From positions 82,566 through 146,565 of the forward strand of contig DATCSK010000010.1 of the NCBI GenBank assembly GCA_036568505.1: 64,000 nt of DNA. The letters are read 5' to 3'. Within the stretch, counting starts at the first letter, position 1; each line of letters opens with the position of its first letter. Source of the DNA: Pseudomonadales bacterium (GTDB lineage: Bacteria; Pseudomonadota; Gammaproteobacteria; Pseudomonadales; M0112). Shown here one piece after another: positions 1 to 13,189 of this stretch. The notes under the pieces were generated by a model, which was given only the letters and a program-made list of their open reading frames with translations, was not told the origin of the DNA and did not search any database. Made by a program: the position numbers and the translations under genes.

Positions 1-360
1 ATGCGCTGCATTCGCATGCTGCAGATAACGCAGGATTTCCTGAACGCCTGGCCCGGGCACGGCCAGATTGTAGGCCCGATAACCTTGCCAGCCGGGATGC
101 GTGGGATCCAACCCGATTTCCGAGCGCGAGGAACCCAGAATCAAAGCATCGTAGGGTGCTCGCTGAATCGCATACGCTTTGAACAATCGCATGTCATCCG
201 GACGCTTGGCTTGATTAAAGCCTTCCCATACCGGAGAGCCCAGCAAATCGTAACCATCCACCAGGGCGTTGAAACAAAACACCAACAGCAAGCCGGCTGC
301 CAATGTGCCCAGCAATCCGAACGGCTTGCGCCATCCTGATACGGTTTGCTCATGGTTCAT
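1..360 (-). CDS. hypothetical membrane-anchored protein, first 120 codons only (continues past left window edge)
   Basis: Hand translation of the minus strand from ATG at 360-358 gives MNHEQTVSGWRKPFGLLGTLAAGLLLVFCFNALVDGYDLLGSPVWEGFNQAKRPDDMRLFKAYAIQRAPYDALILGSSRSEIGLDP... The frame stays open to position 1, so it has no stop in the window and is absent from the track. It has one N-terminal hydrophobic helix. It lies on the same strand as glmS, 88 nt downstream. No family recognised. Confidence 0.5.
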   Translation of the reverse strand, partial: MNHEQTVSGWRKPFGLLGTLAAGLLLVFCFNALVDGYDLLGSPVWEGFNQAKRPDDMRLFKAYAIQRAPYDALILGSSRSEIGLDPTHPGWQGYRAYNLAVPGPGVQEILRYLQHANAAH

Positions 361-448
361 GATGCGGGCCACAACATCTAAGGCGTCGGTCATCGACACA
401 AGCCATGCGCGCAGGGTCCGGCGTGATGCTTGCGGTTTCAGTCATGCA

Positions 449-2284
449 TTATTCAACGGTCACGGACTTTGCCAGATTGCGCGGCTGATCCACATCCGTG
501 CCTTTTAACACCGCGACGTGATACGCCAACAGCTGCAACGGCACGGTGTATACGATTGGCGCCAGCAGCTCATCGACATGCGGCACCGGAATAATGCGCA
601 TATCGGACTCATGGCCCATTGATGCACTGGCGTCGGCAAACACGAACAACTGGCCGCCGCGCGCATGCACTTCCTGCAAGTTGGATCGCAATTTTTCCAG
701 CAGCTGGTCATTCGGCGCAACGGCAATCACCGGCATGTCGGCATCCACCAACGCCAGCGGCCCGTGCTTGAGTTCACCGGCCGGATACGCCTCTGCATGA
801 ATGTATGAAATCTCTTTCAGTTTAAGCGCGCCTTCCAGCGCCACGGGATATTGCGCGCCACGCCCTAAAAACAACGCATGCTGTTTTTCTGCAAAGTTTT
901 CTGACAACTGCTGAATCTGCGCATCCAGCCGCAAGGTTTTTTCAATCACCTCGGGCAGCGCACGCAAGCCTTCAACCAATGCCGCTTCGCGCTCGGCGGT
1001 TAGCCGGCCCTTTTGACGCGCCAATAATAATGTCAGCAACAAGAATGCAATTAATTGCGTGGTAAATGCTTTGGTGGATGCCACGCCAATCTCGGGCCCG
1101 GCGCGCGTCATCAACACCCAGTCCGACTCTCGGCACAAGGAACTTTCCGGCACATTCACGATAGCAATGGTTCCAAGGTATCCTGCGGTTTTGGCCCACC
1201 GTAATGCGGCCAATGTATCGGCCGTTTCACCGGACTGCGAAACCGTAATAAACACCGTCTGCGCAGGCACCACCACGCTGCGATACCGATACTCGCTGGC
1301 CACTTCAACCTGACACGGAATGCCGGCCAACTGCTCAATCCAGTAACGTGCAATCAAGCCGGTATGGAAGCTGGTGCCACACGCCACGATGTGCACATTC
1401 TGAGCCTTTGCCAATTGCGCGGCGGCGTCATTACCTAAAATATTGGTCAGTACTTGCTTGTGGCTGATTCGACCCTCCAGGGTTGCCTGAATCACCTCCG
1501 GCTGTTCGAATATCTCCTTTACCATGTAGTGGCGGTACTCGCCTTTGTCGGCCGTAATTTGTCCTTCCCGAAGCCGGATCACGCTGCGCTCAACCGCATC
1601 ACCTGCGGCATCTTCGATGTAAACGCCATCGGCCGTGATCGCGAGCAGATCGCCCTCTTCAAGGTAGACCACGCTATCGGTTACCTGGCGCAAAGCCAGC
1701 GGGTCGGAAGCCAGGAAATGCTCACCAATGCCCATGCCCAACACCAACGGACTGCCTTTGCGCGCGCCCACAATCACGCCGGGCTCATCGGCACTCATGA
1801 CCGCGATGGCATACGCACCGTCCAGTTTTCCCAGCGTATTGCGCACCGCATCCAGCAACGACCCGCCTTGTTCTTTTTCTGCATGAATCAGGTGAACAAT
1901 GGTTTCGGTGTCGGTGTCTGATGAAAAAACATAACCTTGCTGTTTGAGCTCCGCACGCAAACTTTCATAGTTTTCGATAATACCGTTGTGCACCAGCGTA
2001 ATATCGGTGCCTGAAGAATGCGGGTGTGCATTGCGTTCTTCGGGCTTCCCGTGGGTTGCCCAACGCGTGTGCGCCACACCGCAAGCACCCTGCAGGGGGT
2101 GCGCTTGCAACATGGTTTCAAGATTAATGACTTTCCCCGGACGGCGGTAAACACCAATCCGGTTGTCCGCATCCAACACCGCCATGCCGGCAGAATCATA
2201 GCCCCGGTATTCGAGTCGCTTGAGGCCCTCCAGAAGAATGCCTGCCACATCACGTCGCGCTGTTGCCGCTACAATTCCGCACAT
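449..2284 (-). CDS. glmS: glutamine--fructose-6-phosphate aminotransferase (isomerizing)
   Basis: 611-aa ORF starting MCGIVAA (N-terminal Cys nucleophile of class-II amidotransferases) and ending ...AKSVTVE. Length and sequence match GlmS throughout. Confidence 0.97.
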   Translation of the reverse strand: MCGIVAATARRDVAGILLEGLKRLEYRGYDSAGMAVLDADNRIGVYRRPGKVINLETMLQAHPLQGACGVAHTRWATHGKPEERNAHPHSSGTDITLVHNGIIENYESLRAELKQQGYVFSSDTDTETIVHLIHAEKEQGGSLLDAVRNTLGKLDGAYAIAVMSADEPGVIVGARKGSPLVLGMGIGEHFLASDPLALRQVTDSVVYLEEGDLLAITADGVYIEDAAGDAVERSVIRLREGQITADKGEYRHYMVKEIFEQPEVIQATLEGRISHKQVLTNILGNDAAAQLAKAQNVHIVACGTSFHTGLIARYWIEQLAGIPCQVEVASEYRYRSVVVPAQTVFITVSQSGETADTLAALRWAKTAGYLGTIAIVNVPESSLCRESDWVLMTRAGPEIGVASTKAFTTQLIAFLLLTLLLARQKGRLTAEREAALVEGLRALPEVIEKTLRLDAQIQQLSENFAEKQHALFLGRGAQYPVALEGALKLKEISYIHAEAYPAGELKHGPLALVDADMPVIAVAPNDQLLEKLRSNLQEVHARGGQLFVFADASASMGHESDMRIIPVPHVDELLAPIVYTVPLQLLAYHVAVLKGTDVDQPRNLAKSVTVE

Positions 2285-2287
2285 GGT

Positions 2288-3658
2288 TTAGTCCCGTTCC
2301 TTCCGGTCGCGCTGCCAGTTATCGATGTTGCGCTGTTTGCCGCGCGCAATGCCCAGCTGTCCCTCGGGCACATCTTTTGTAATGGTTGATCCTGCACCAA
2401 TTGTCGCATCGCTACCCACGGTGACCGGCGCCACCAACGCTGTGTTAGAGCCAATGAACGCACCGTCACCAATCGTGGTTCTGGATTTTTGAACACCGTC
2501 GTAATTGCAGGTAATGGTACCCGCACCAATATTGACCTCTGCCCCGATGCTGGCATCGCCAACATACGACAAATGATTGGCTTTGCTGTTGTTAGAAAAA
2601 TGGGCGTTTTTAATTTCTACAAAGTTTCCGATACGCACCCCTTGTGACAGCACCGTGCCCGGCCGCAAGCGTGCAAACGGTCCGATGCTCACCTCATTAC
2701 CCAGTGTCGCATCTTCAATGATGCTGTTCGCATGCACCGTCACGTCATTGCCCAGCGTGGCATTTTTCAATATGCAGTTCGGCCCGATGTGGACACGCTC
2801 ACCCAGAACAACCGTGCCCTCAAAAATAACATTCACATCAACAACCACATCACAACCGGCGCGAACGTCGCCACGAATATCCAGCCGCGAAGGATCATAC
2901 AAAGTGACGCCGGCCTGCATTAATGCAGCCGCTTGTTGCTGTTGGTAGGCGCGCTCTTGTTCGGCTTGCTGCTTGCGATCGTTCACGCCCTGCACCTCCA
3001 TCGCCCCACGGGTTACTCGTGCCAGCACCGGTATGTGTTCAGCCACGGCCATCGCAACCGTATCGGTTAAATAATATTCTTTTTGTTTATTGCTGTTACC
3101 CAGCGCTGGCAACCAACGCGCCAGATCGGCGGCTTGTGCTGTTAAAATACCGGTATTGACCTCACCGATGCGCAACTGCGCTTCACTGGCGTCTTTGTGC
3201 TCAATAATGCCGGTCACCTCACCCGCCGCGTTGCGCACGATGCGGCCATAACCTGCCGGGTTTGATGGCTGCGCGGAAAGCAGCGCCAACGCTTTCTCCC
3301 CTGCTTGCAGCAACAGCTTTTTTAATTCATCAACCGGCACCAATGGCACATCGCCATACAACACCAGCACGCGCGCATGGCTTGCGACGTTTGGCATCGC
3401 TTGCGCCACCGCATGTCCCGTGCCCAGTTGTTCTGCCTGAACGGCCCAATGGATACCTTCGTCCGCGATGGCATCCTTCACCGCATCAGCCCCGTGCCCA
3501 ATAACCACATGAATGCGATCTGCGGCCAACGCATTGGCCGCATCAAGCACGTGCCGCAACATCGGCTTGCCACCGATAGGGTGCAACACCTTCGGCAGGC
3601 GGGATTTCATCCGCGATCCTTGCCCTGCTGCCAAGATGACTATCTCAAGCCTTGCCAC
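2288..3658 (-). CDS. glmU: bifunctional UDP-N-acetylglucosamine pyrophosphorylase / glucosamine-1-phosphate N-acetyltransferase
   Basis: 456-aa ORF with the N-terminal LAAGQGSRM...LPKVLH nucleotidyltransferase motif and a C-terminal hexapeptide-repeat half. GTG start. The stop lies 3 nt before the glmS start. Confidence 0.95.
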   Translation of the reverse strand: MARLEIVILAAGQGSRMKSRLPKVLHPIGGKPMLRHVLDAANALAADRIHVVIGHGADAVKDAIADEGIHWAVQAEQLGTGHAVAQAMPNVASHARVLVLYGDVPLVPVDELKKLLLQAGEKALALLSAQPSNPAGYGRIVRNAAGEVTGIIEHKDASEAQLRIGEVNTGILTAQAADLARWLPALGNSNKQKEYYLTDTVAMAVAEHIPVLARVTRGAMEVQGVNDRKQQAEQERAYQQQQAAALMQAGVTLYDPSRLDIRGDVRAGCDVVVDVNVIFEGTVVLGERVHIGPNCILKNATLGNDVTVHANSIIEDATLGNEVSIGPFARLRPGTVLSQGVRIGNFVEIKNAHFSNNSKANHLSYVGDASIGAEVNIGAGTITCNYDGVQKSRTTIGDGAFIGSNTALVAPVTVGSDATIGAGSTITKDVPEGQLGIARGKQRNIDNWQRDRKERD

Positions 3659-3740
3659 GCAATTTGCCTGCCCGGGTACATAGAACGGCTATTGTGAACG
3701 ATTCCCGCCGTCTCATAAAGGACATACACAAAACCGGCGG

Positions 3741-3769
3741 AAACAAAAAAGGCGGCCGAAGCCGCCTTT
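3741..3769 (-). terminator. rho-independent terminator of the atp operon
   Basis: AAAGGCGGC-CGAA-GCCGCCTTT hairpin (3748-3769). On the minus strand it is followed by TTTTTTGTTT (3741-3750). It lies 17 nt downstream of the atpC stop. Confidence 0.75.
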
Positions 3770-3785
3770 AATCCACCGGGTGTTT

Positions 3786-4211
3786 TTACTGCCCCATTTT
3801 TTTACGCAACTGCTGGATGGCGCGTAACTGGGCCACGGCGGCGGCCAGCTGGGCCGACGCGCTGGCATAATCAAACTCGCCACTTTGATTGGCAATCGCC
3901 TGCTGTGCGGCTCGCTGGGCTTCTTCTGCTGCCGCCTCATCAAGATCGTGTGCACGCACGGCCGTATCAGCAAGGATAGTGACGATGTTGGGCTGAACTT
4001 CCAAAAAGCCGCCCGATACATAAAACACTTCTTCATCGCCGCCTTGCTTGATAACCCGAACAGGCCCCGGCTGAAGGTTGGTCAGCAATGGCGCGTGGCC
4101 TGGTGCCACGCCCATATCACCCTGACTGCCGGCTGCCACCACCATTTCGACCAGTCCGGAAAAGATATTCTCTTCCGCGCTGACAATGTCACAGTGTACT
4201 GTCATGGCCAT
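3786..4211 (-). CDS. atpC: F0F1 ATP synthase subunit epsilon
   Basis: 141 aa. N-terminus [19 protein letters not shown] parallels E. coli AtpC MAMTYHLDVVSAEQQMFSG. Last gene of the atp operon. Confidence 0.95.
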   Translation of the reverse strand: MAMTVHCDIVSAEENIFSGLVEMVVAAGSQGDMGVAPGHAPLLTNLQPGPVRVIKQGGDEEVFYVSGGFLEVQPNIVTILADTAVRAHDLDEAAAEEAQRAAQQAIANQSGEFDYASASAQLAAAVAQLRAIQQLRKKMGQ

Positions 4212-4235
4212 CTCTTTTTACCTTGCGACGCCTAA

Positions 4236-5663
<1,428 letters not shown>

Positions 5664-6524
5664 TTAAACCGCCGCCGCGCCGCTGACAATTTCTGACAGC
5701 TCCTGCGTGATGGCTGCCTGACGCGCCTTGTTGTACACAAGTTGCAAATCATCAATCAGCTCACCCGCATTTTCGGTGGCATTTTTCATCGCAACCATGC
5801 GAGCCGCTTGCTCACAGGCGCCATTTTCAACTACGGCTTGATACACCTGCGATTCAACATAACGAGCCAACAGGCCGTCCAGTAAATCCTTCGCATCAGG
5901 CTCGTAAATATAATCCCAGTGGTGACTGAGCTTTTCATCTTCTGCTGCTTGCAACGGAAGCAATTGCTCCACGGTAGGCGACTGCGTCATGGTGTTAACA
6001 AACTCGTTACCCACCAAAAACAGCCTGTCAATCTGGCCATCTTCAAAACGCTTCAGCATCACCTTAACGCTACCCACCAAATCATGGGATTTAACGTCTT
6101 CGCCCAAATCACGCACTGCCGCAACAATGTTGCCGCCAAAGCTCGAGAAAAACCCCGCCGCTTTGCCGCCCACGGTGCACAAATCAACTTCGGCACCCTG
6201 GTCTGACCAGGTTTTCATGGCCTGAATCGTTGCCTTGAACAAATTAATGTTCAGACCGCCACACAGACCGCGATCGGTGGATACCACGACAAAGCCTACG
6301 CGCTTGACCGGGCGCTCCAACAAGTACTGGTGCTTGTATTCGGGTGCCGCATTGGCAATATGGCTCACCACCGCACGAATGCGTTTGGCGTACGGCTTGC
6401 CAACCGACATGCGCTCTTGCGCACGGCGCATTTTGCTCGCCGCAACCATTTCCATGGCACTGGTGATCTTCTGCGTACTTTTTACGCTGCCGATCTTGGT
6501 GCGAATTTCTTTGGCGCCTGCCAT
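5664..6524 (-). CDS. atpG: F0F1 ATP synthase subunit gamma
   Basis: 286 aa, [36 protein letters not shown]...; canonical gamma subunit N- and C-terminal helices; operon position. Confidence 0.95.
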   Translation of the reverse strand: MAGAKEIRTKIGSVKSTQKITSAMEMVAASKMRRAQERMSVGKPYAKRIRAVVSHIANAAPEYKHQYLLERPVKRVGFVVVSTDRGLCGGLNINLFKATIQAMKTWSDQGAEVDLCTVGGKAAGFFSSFGGNIVAAVRDLGEDVKSHDLVGSVKVMLKRFEDGQIDRLFLVGNEFVNTMTQSPTVEQLLPLQAAEDEKLSHHWDYIYEPDAKDLLDGLLARYVESQVYQAVVENGACEQAARMVAMKNATENAGELIDDLQLVYNKARQAAITQELSEIVSGAAAV

Positions 6525-6548
6525 CGAGGAGTCTCTCCGCTTCCGGGC

Positions 6549-8093
6549 TTACCAGGTCTGGGTGGACTTGTATTTCTCAAGCGCACCACGGAACCCGGCT
6601 TCAATATCACTATTCCAATCGCCGCTTTCGTTAACCTGTTTCATCAGGTCAGCGTGCTGGCTCTTCATATACGCTAGCAACGCCGATTCAAAGTCACCGA
6701 TTTTCTTGACATCGATGTCTTCGATATAACCTTCGTTGGCAGCAAACAGGCTAATGCCCATTTCAGCAACGGATAGTGGCGAGTACTGTTTCTGTTTCAT
6801 CAGCTCGGTAACGCGCTTACCGTGCTCAAGCTGCTTGCGTGTGGCTTCATCGAGGTCCGACGCAAACTGGGAGAACGCCGCCAGCTCTCGGTACTGTGCC
6901 AAGGCCAAACGAATACCGCCACCAAGCTTTTTGATGATCTTGGTTTGTGCTGCACCACCCACTCGCGATACCGACAAACCGGCATTCATGGCTGGCCGAA
7001 TGCCTGAGTTGAACAAATCCGTTTCAAGGAAGATCTGCCCATCGGTAATCGAAATAACGTTGGTGGGTACGAATGCCGATACGTCACCGGCCTGCGTTTC
7101 AATAATCGGCAACGCCGTTAATGACCCGGTTTTACCTTTGACTTTACCGTTGGTGAATTTTTCAACGTACTCCGGATTCACACGCGCAGCACGCTCGAGC
7201 AGACGCGAGTGCAGATAAAACACATCGCCCGGATACGCTTCGCGACCTGGCGGACGGCGTAACAACAAGGAAATCTGGCGATACGCCCATGCCTGCTTGG
7301 TCAAATCGTCGTAAATAATCAGCGCGTCTTCACCGCGGTCACGGAAATACTCGCCCATGGTGCAACCCGCGTAAGGTGCCAAAAACTGCAGCGAAGCCGG
7401 ATCGGAAGCCGATGCCACCACCACAATCGTGTGGTCCATCGCGCCATGTTCTTCGAGGCGACGCACGGTGTTGGCAATCGATGACTGCTTCTGGCCAATC
7501 GCCACATACACGCACTTAACGCCGGTACCTTTCTGGTTGATGATGGCATCAACCGCAATCGCTGTTTTACCGGTCTGGCGATCACCGATAATCAATTCGC
7601 GCTGACCACGGCCCACCGGCACCATTGCATCAATGGCTTTCAAGCCAGTCTGCACGGGCTGCGATACGGACTGCCGGCTAATAACGCCGGGAGCCACTTT
7701 TTCAATCGCGTCCGTGCCTTCCGCGTTAATCGGGCCTTTGCCATCAATGGGGTTGCCCAGCGCATCAACAACACGCCCCAGCAACGCCGTACCAATGGGC
7801 ACTTCCAGAATTCGGCCGGTGCAACGCGCGGTCACGCCTTCGGCGAGACCCAGATAGTCGCCCAACACAACGGCACCGACGGAGTCACGCTCAAGGTTCA
7901 AAGCCATGCCATACAGGCCGCCCGGAAACTCGATCATTTCGCCGTACATTACATCCGCCAGACCGTGAATACGCACGATACCGTCAGACACACTCACTAC
8001 CGTGCCTTCATTACGGGCTTCGGTAGAGACTTTCAGTCCATCAATGCGCTGCTTGATGATAGCGCTGATTTCAGAGGGGTTCAGTTGCTGCAT
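6549..8093 (-). CDS. atpA: F0F1 ATP synthase subunit alpha
   Basis: 514 aa, [17 protein letters not shown]..., Walker A GDRQTGKT; operon position. Confidence 0.96.
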   Translation of the reverse strand: MQQLNPSEISAIIKQRIDGLKVSTEARNEGTVVSVSDGIVRIHGLADVMYGEMIEFPGGLYGMALNLERDSVGAVVLGDYLGLAEGVTARCTGRILEVPIGTALLGRVVDALGNPIDGKGPINAEGTDAIEKVAPGVISRQSVSQPVQTGLKAIDAMVPVGRGQRELIIGDRQTGKTAIAVDAIINQKGTGVKCVYVAIGQKQSSIANTVRRLEEHGAMDHTIVVVASASDPASLQFLAPYAGCTMGEYFRDRGEDALIIYDDLTKQAWAYRQISLLLRRPPGREAYPGDVFYLHSRLLERAARVNPEYVEKFTNGKVKGKTGSLTALPIIETQAGDVSAFVPTNVISITDGQIFLETDLFNSGIRPAMNAGLSVSRVGGAAQTKIIKKLGGGIRLALAQYRELAAFSQFASDLDEATRKQLEHGKRVTELMKQKQYSPLSVAEMGISLFAANEGYIEDIDVKKIGDFESALLAYMKSQHADLMKQVNESGDWNSDIEAGFRGALEKYKSTQTW

Positions 8094-8114
8094 GGCTCGT
8101 GTTCCTCAAACGAT

Positions 8115-8651
8115 CTAGGCGTTCAATGCTTCGGCTAATTTCGACAGACGGCCCTTAATGGAACCATCAATCACTGTGTCACCAGCGCGAATAATCGCGC
8201 CGCCAATCAATGCGATATCAACCGTTGTTTGTATGTTCACTTCGCGATCCAGGCGGCGCTTTAAAGCAACAACCAGTTTATTAACCGCTTCATCGGTCAA
8301 CGGATACGCACTAATCACTTCAACATCCACTTTCTTTTGACGCTCGGCACGCAAGCGTTCAAACAACTCGGCTACTTCCGGCATCAGTGATAAACGCTTG
8401 TTAACCGCCAATGCATCAACCAGGTTGCGCGCTTTTTCGTTAATGCGGCCACCGCACACATCGGCAACCAACGCAGCCTGCTGCTCACCCGATAACGCCG
8501 GGGAGCTCAGTATGGCGGCCATTTCCGCGTGCGTAACCGCTTCGGTAATCGCAGCCAGCATGCCCGACCAGCCATCCAGTGAGTTGTGCTCTACCGCAAA
8601 CTCAAAGACGGCTTTTGCGTAAGGGCGCGCTAATGTCAGGGCTTCTGCCAT
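8115..8651 (-). CDS. atpH: F0F1 ATP synthase subunit delta
   Basis: 178 aa, MAEALTLARPYAKAVFEFA... (OSCP/delta signature N-terminus); sits between atpF and atpA. Confidence 0.9.
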   Translation of the reverse strand: MAEALTLARPYAKAVFEFAVEHNSLDGWSGMLAAITEAVTHAEMAAILSSPALSGEQQAALVADVCGGRINEKARNLVDALAVNKRLSLMPEVAELFERLRAERQKKVDVEVISAYPLTDEAVNKLVVALKRRLDREVNIQTTVDIALIGGAIIRAGDTVIDGSIKGRLSKLAEALNA

Positions 8652-8659
8652 GATCTACC

Positions 8660-9130
8660 TCAGAGCTCCGCAGCCAAGTCGGCCAACATGTCCACATGAA
8701 CATTGGCATCCACTGATTTTTGTAATACGCGTTCTGCGCCAATGACCGCCAAGCGAGCCACGTCCATGCGCAGTTTTTCGCGCGCACGATTGGCCTCTTG
8801 CAGGATTTCAGCTTGGGCGCCCGCTTTGATGCGATCGCCCTCTTCCTGAGCCTGTGTCTTGGCCTCATCCACAATTTGACCGGCCCGTTTATTGGCCTGC
8901 TCAATAATGGTGGCAGCCTGAACCTTTGCTTCACGCAACTGCTCGGCCGCCTTCTCTTGCGCCAACTCCAAATCGCGCCCGGCGCGATCAGCGGCCTCAA
9001 GGCCGTCGGCAATTTTCTTCTGGCGTTCAGCCATCGCGGCCTGAATGGGTGGCCATACGAACTTCATGCAGAACCACACGAAGAACGCGAATGTCACCAT
9101 CTGGCCAAACAGCGTCAGGTTGATATTCAC
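8660..9130 (-). CDS. atpF: F0F1 ATP synthase subunit b
   Basis: 156 aa. One N-terminal TM helix ([23 protein letters not shown]) followed by a long charged Ala/Glu/Lys-rich helix; operon position. Confidence 0.9.
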   Translation of the reverse strand: MNINLTLFGQMVTFAFFVWFCMKFVWPPIQAAMAERQKKIADGLEAADRAGRDLELAQEKAAEQLREAKVQAATIIEQANKRAGQIVDEAKTQAQEEGDRIKAGAQAEILQEANRAREKLRMDVARLAVIGAERVLQKSVDANVHVDMLADLAAEL

Positions 9131-9167
9131 AGCATTATCCTCTTACGGATGGGTTGACCCGTACCAA

Positions 9168-9398
<231 letters not shown>

Positions 9399-9420
9399 CT
9401 AAGTAGCAGTTGCGTGGGAG

Positions 9421-10730
<1,310 letters not shown>

Positions 10731-10751
10731 GCGATCTTCCGGTTCCTGCGG

Positions 10752-10790
10752 ACAAAATATTGCCCGCCGGGCAGTTCACGGCGGCGGGCA
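10752..10790 (-). terminator. putative rho-independent terminator after parB
   Basis: 9-bp stem TGCCCGCCG (10761-10769) / CGGCGGGCA (10782-10790). On the minus strand it is followed by ATATTTTGT. It lies 56 nt downstream of the parB stop. Confidence 0.5.
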
Positions 10791-10818
10791 TTATAGGGGC
10801 ATTATGTGACGGCATCAA
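10790..10818 (-). promoter_or_regulatory. putative sigma70 promoter of the atp operon
   Basis: The minus strand reads TTGATG (10818-10813), a 17-nt spacer, then TATAAT (10795-10790). It lies about 60 nt upstream of the atpI start and abuts the parB terminator stem. Confidence 0.5.
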
Positions 10819-10845
10819 CAGAAACCGCGCGCGAAATACACGCAG

Positions 10846-11721
10846 TTATTTGATGTGACTCAGTATCCCGTCCAACTCGTCCAGATTGTTATAGCTCAAT
10901 ACCAGCTTGCCTTTGCCGGAGGCGCTGTGTTGAACACTGACCGGAACACCCACTTTTTCTGAAAGGTCTTCTTCCAGTCGGCGAATATCCGCACTCGTGC
11001 CGCTTTTCGCCGGTTTGGCGGGCTTGGCAACACCCTGATTGCGTACCAACGCCTCAGTCTGGCGAACCGACAGGCCTTTGGAAACCACCTGGCGGGCCGC
11101 CTCGGATTGGGCGCGCCCCTCCAATGACAGCAACGCTCTGGCATGACCCATCTCCAGGTCACCGTGATCCAGCAGTTTTTGAACGTCGTCGTTGAGCGCC
11201 AACAGGCGCAACAAATTACTAACGGTTGCGCGCGACTTACCCACCGCATCGGCCACTTGCTGATGGGTCAGGCCAAATTCGTCTTGAAGGCGTTTTAAGG
11301 CTTGCGCCTCTTCCATGGCATTGAGATCTTCGCGCTGAATGTTCTCGATCAGCGCCATGGCAATCGCGGCCTCATCCGGCACGTCGCGAATGAGCGCAGG
11401 GACCTTTTCAAGACCCGCCATCTGGCTTGCGCGCCAGCGGCGCTCGCCGGCGATGATTTCAAAGCGATCGCCCGGAATGGGGCGCACCACGATGGGCTGC
11501 ATCACGCCCTGGGCCCGAATGGAGTTTGCCAGCTCCTCAAGTGCCTCCGGCTTCATATCACGGCGCGGTTGGTAACGGCCGCGCTGCAGCAAATCGATAG
11601 GCAGTTCGCGCAAGGCGCCGTCCGTTGGCTCTGGCGTGGCTGCCGGCGCGCTGGCTTTTGCGGTGCTTCGGCCGATCAACGCATCCAGGCCTTTGCCCAG
11701 CCCGCGTTTTTTAGTGGACAT
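10846..11721 (-). CDS. parB: chromosome partitioning protein ParB (Spo0J)
   Basis: 291 aa, MSTKKRGLGKGLDALIG..., with GERRWRA (ParB box) and an HTH segment QQVADAVGKSRATVSNLLRLL. Confidence 0.95.
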   Translation of the reverse strand: MSTKKRGLGKGLDALIGRSTAKASAPAATPEPTDGALRELPIDLLQRGRYQPRRDMKPEALEELANSIRAQGVMQPIVVRPIPGDRFEIIAGERRWRASQMAGLEKVPALIRDVPDEAAIAMALIENIQREDLNAMEEAQALKRLQDEFGLTHQQVADAVGKSRATVSNLLRLLALNDDVQKLLDHGDLEMGHARALLSLEGRAQSEAARQVVSKGLSVRQTEALVRNQGVAKPAKPAKSGTSADIRRLEEDLSEKVGVPVSVQHSASGKGKLVLSYNNLDELDGILSHIK

Positions 11722-11723
11722 GT

Positions 11724-12539
11724 CTACTCCATTTCATCTGCTGATGGCGGGATGTCAGTCTCGCCGACCCGTGCATCGCCATGACGACGCAGAACCTCTC
11801 CCGCCAAAGCCAGGTAGGCTCGTGCGCCGGTGGAGGCCGCATCATACCGCAGCACCGGCATTCCGTGGCTTGGCGCCTCGGCCAGGCGCACATTGCGCGG
11901 GATGACCGTACGATACAGTTGCTCGCCAAAGTGCGTCTCTAATTGTTCCGACACATCGCGCGTCAAACCCATGCGCGGATCGTACATGGTGCGCAACACG
12001 CCCTCTATTTTAAGGCGTTCGTTCAACACTTCGTGGATGCGTTCGATGGTATCCAATAAATCGGAAATACCTTCCAGTGCGTAATATTCGCACTGCACGG
12101 GAATAATAACGCCATCCGCTGCAACCAGTGCATTAACCGTCAGCATGTTCAGCGTGGGAGGGCAATCAATTAAAATATAATCGTAACGATCGGCCACTTT
12201 GAGCAAGGCATAACGCATGCGATGCTCTTTATTGGTTTTTTCATCGAGCAGCTCGACTTCGGCTGCGGTGATGTTGCGATTGGATGGCAACAAATCAAAA
12301 CCCGATTCGGTGGGCCGAATCACGTCTTGTGCCTGCGATGAGCCCATTAATACATCGTAGGCAGAAAATTCGATTTCGCGTTTATCGATGCCACAACCCA
12401 TGGTGGCATTCCCTTGCGCATCCATATCAACCAACAATACACGTCGTTTGGTGGCGGCTAACGACGCGGCCAAATTAACCGCCGTCGTGGTTTTTCCTAC
12501 CCCGCCTTTCTGGTTGGTAATGGCTAGTATATGGGTCAC
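11724..12539 (-). CDS. parA: chromosome partitioning ATPase ParA (Soj)
   Basis: 271 aa with the deviant Walker A NQKGGVGKTT. GTG start overlaps the rsmG stop (GTGA). Lies immediately upstream of parB. Confidence 0.95.
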   Translation of the reverse strand: MTHILAITNQKGGVGKTTTAVNLAASLAATKRRVLLVDMDAQGNATMGCGIDKREIEFSAYDVLMGSSQAQDVIRPTESGFDLLPSNRNITAAEVELLDEKTNKEHRMRYALLKVADRYDYILIDCPPTLNMLTVNALVAADGVIIPVQCEYYALEGISDLLDTIERIHEVLNERLKIEGVLRTMYDPRMGLTRDVSEQLETHFGEQLYRTVIPRNVRLAEAPSHGMPVLRYDAASTGARAYLALAGEVLRRHGDARVGETDIPPSADEME

Positions 12540-13189
12540 GGCAACACCTTTTCCGGTTCTTTATTTTTATGAATCTCTACCAGTTGGCGATGGGTTGTTC
12601 CGCCAAAGACCGGCAACTGATGCGTGGCTGCGACGATATAGGGTTTTTTAACCGCCCTCAACTCTTCTTCGTTTGTTGTTGCTTTCATCGCCAGCATGCG
12701 GCCTCCATCTTTCAGGCAATGGCCCGCCAAAGCGCTGAAATCGGCCAAGGATGAAAAAGCGCGGCTCACAACGACATCAAAACCATCTTCGGGTTTGTAG
12801 TGCTCAACCCGGTTTTCGATCAATTCAATATTGTTCATTTTCAGCCTGGTTTTTACATCAAACAAAAAACGCAGCTTTTTACCCCGGCTGTCCAACAGGG
12901 TGTATTGCGTTTTTTTATCTGCCAACGCCAACGGTATCCCCGGCAAGCCGGCCCCGGTCCCAACATCCAACACCCGACCACCCTGAATAAAAGGCAACAC
13001 GGCAAGGCTGTCTAATAAGTGTTTTTCAACCATGGCTTCCGGATTTCGAATTGCGGTGAGATTGATGCTTTTATTCCAGTGTGACAACAGATCAAGGTAT
13101 TCCATCATTTGCCGACAGGTGTCGTCATCAACCGCAAGCGTTGTTTTTAACAAACCTTTCTTTAGTTGCGCTATTCGATAATCAGGCAA
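12536..13189 (-). CDS. rsmG: 16S rRNA (guanine527-N7)-methyltransferase
   Basis: 217 aa, with ...[28 protein letters not shown]... and the SAM motif [19 protein letters not shown] start overlaps the mnmG stop by 8 nt; start uncertain. Confidence 0.9.
   Translation of the reverse strand: MPDYRIAQLKKGLLKTTLAVDDDTCRQMMEYLDLLSHWNKSINLTAIRNPEAMVEKHLLDSLAVLPFIQGGRVLDVGTGAGLPGIPLALADKKTQYTLLDSRGKKLRFLFDVKTRLKMNNIELIENRVEHYKPEDGFDVVVSRAFSSLADFSALAGHCLKDGGRMLAMKATTNEEELRAVKKPYIVAATHQLPVFGGTTHRQLVEIHKNKEPEKVLP

Noticed and set aside
1-339. Plus-strand 112-aa ORF at the left edge (MRCIRMLQITQDF...)
   Set aside because: The opposite strand carries a more protein-like frame, open to the edge, with a TM helix and an ATG at 360. 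The plus-strand product is Arg/Gln/Cys-rich, has no SD, and would run convergent into glmS.
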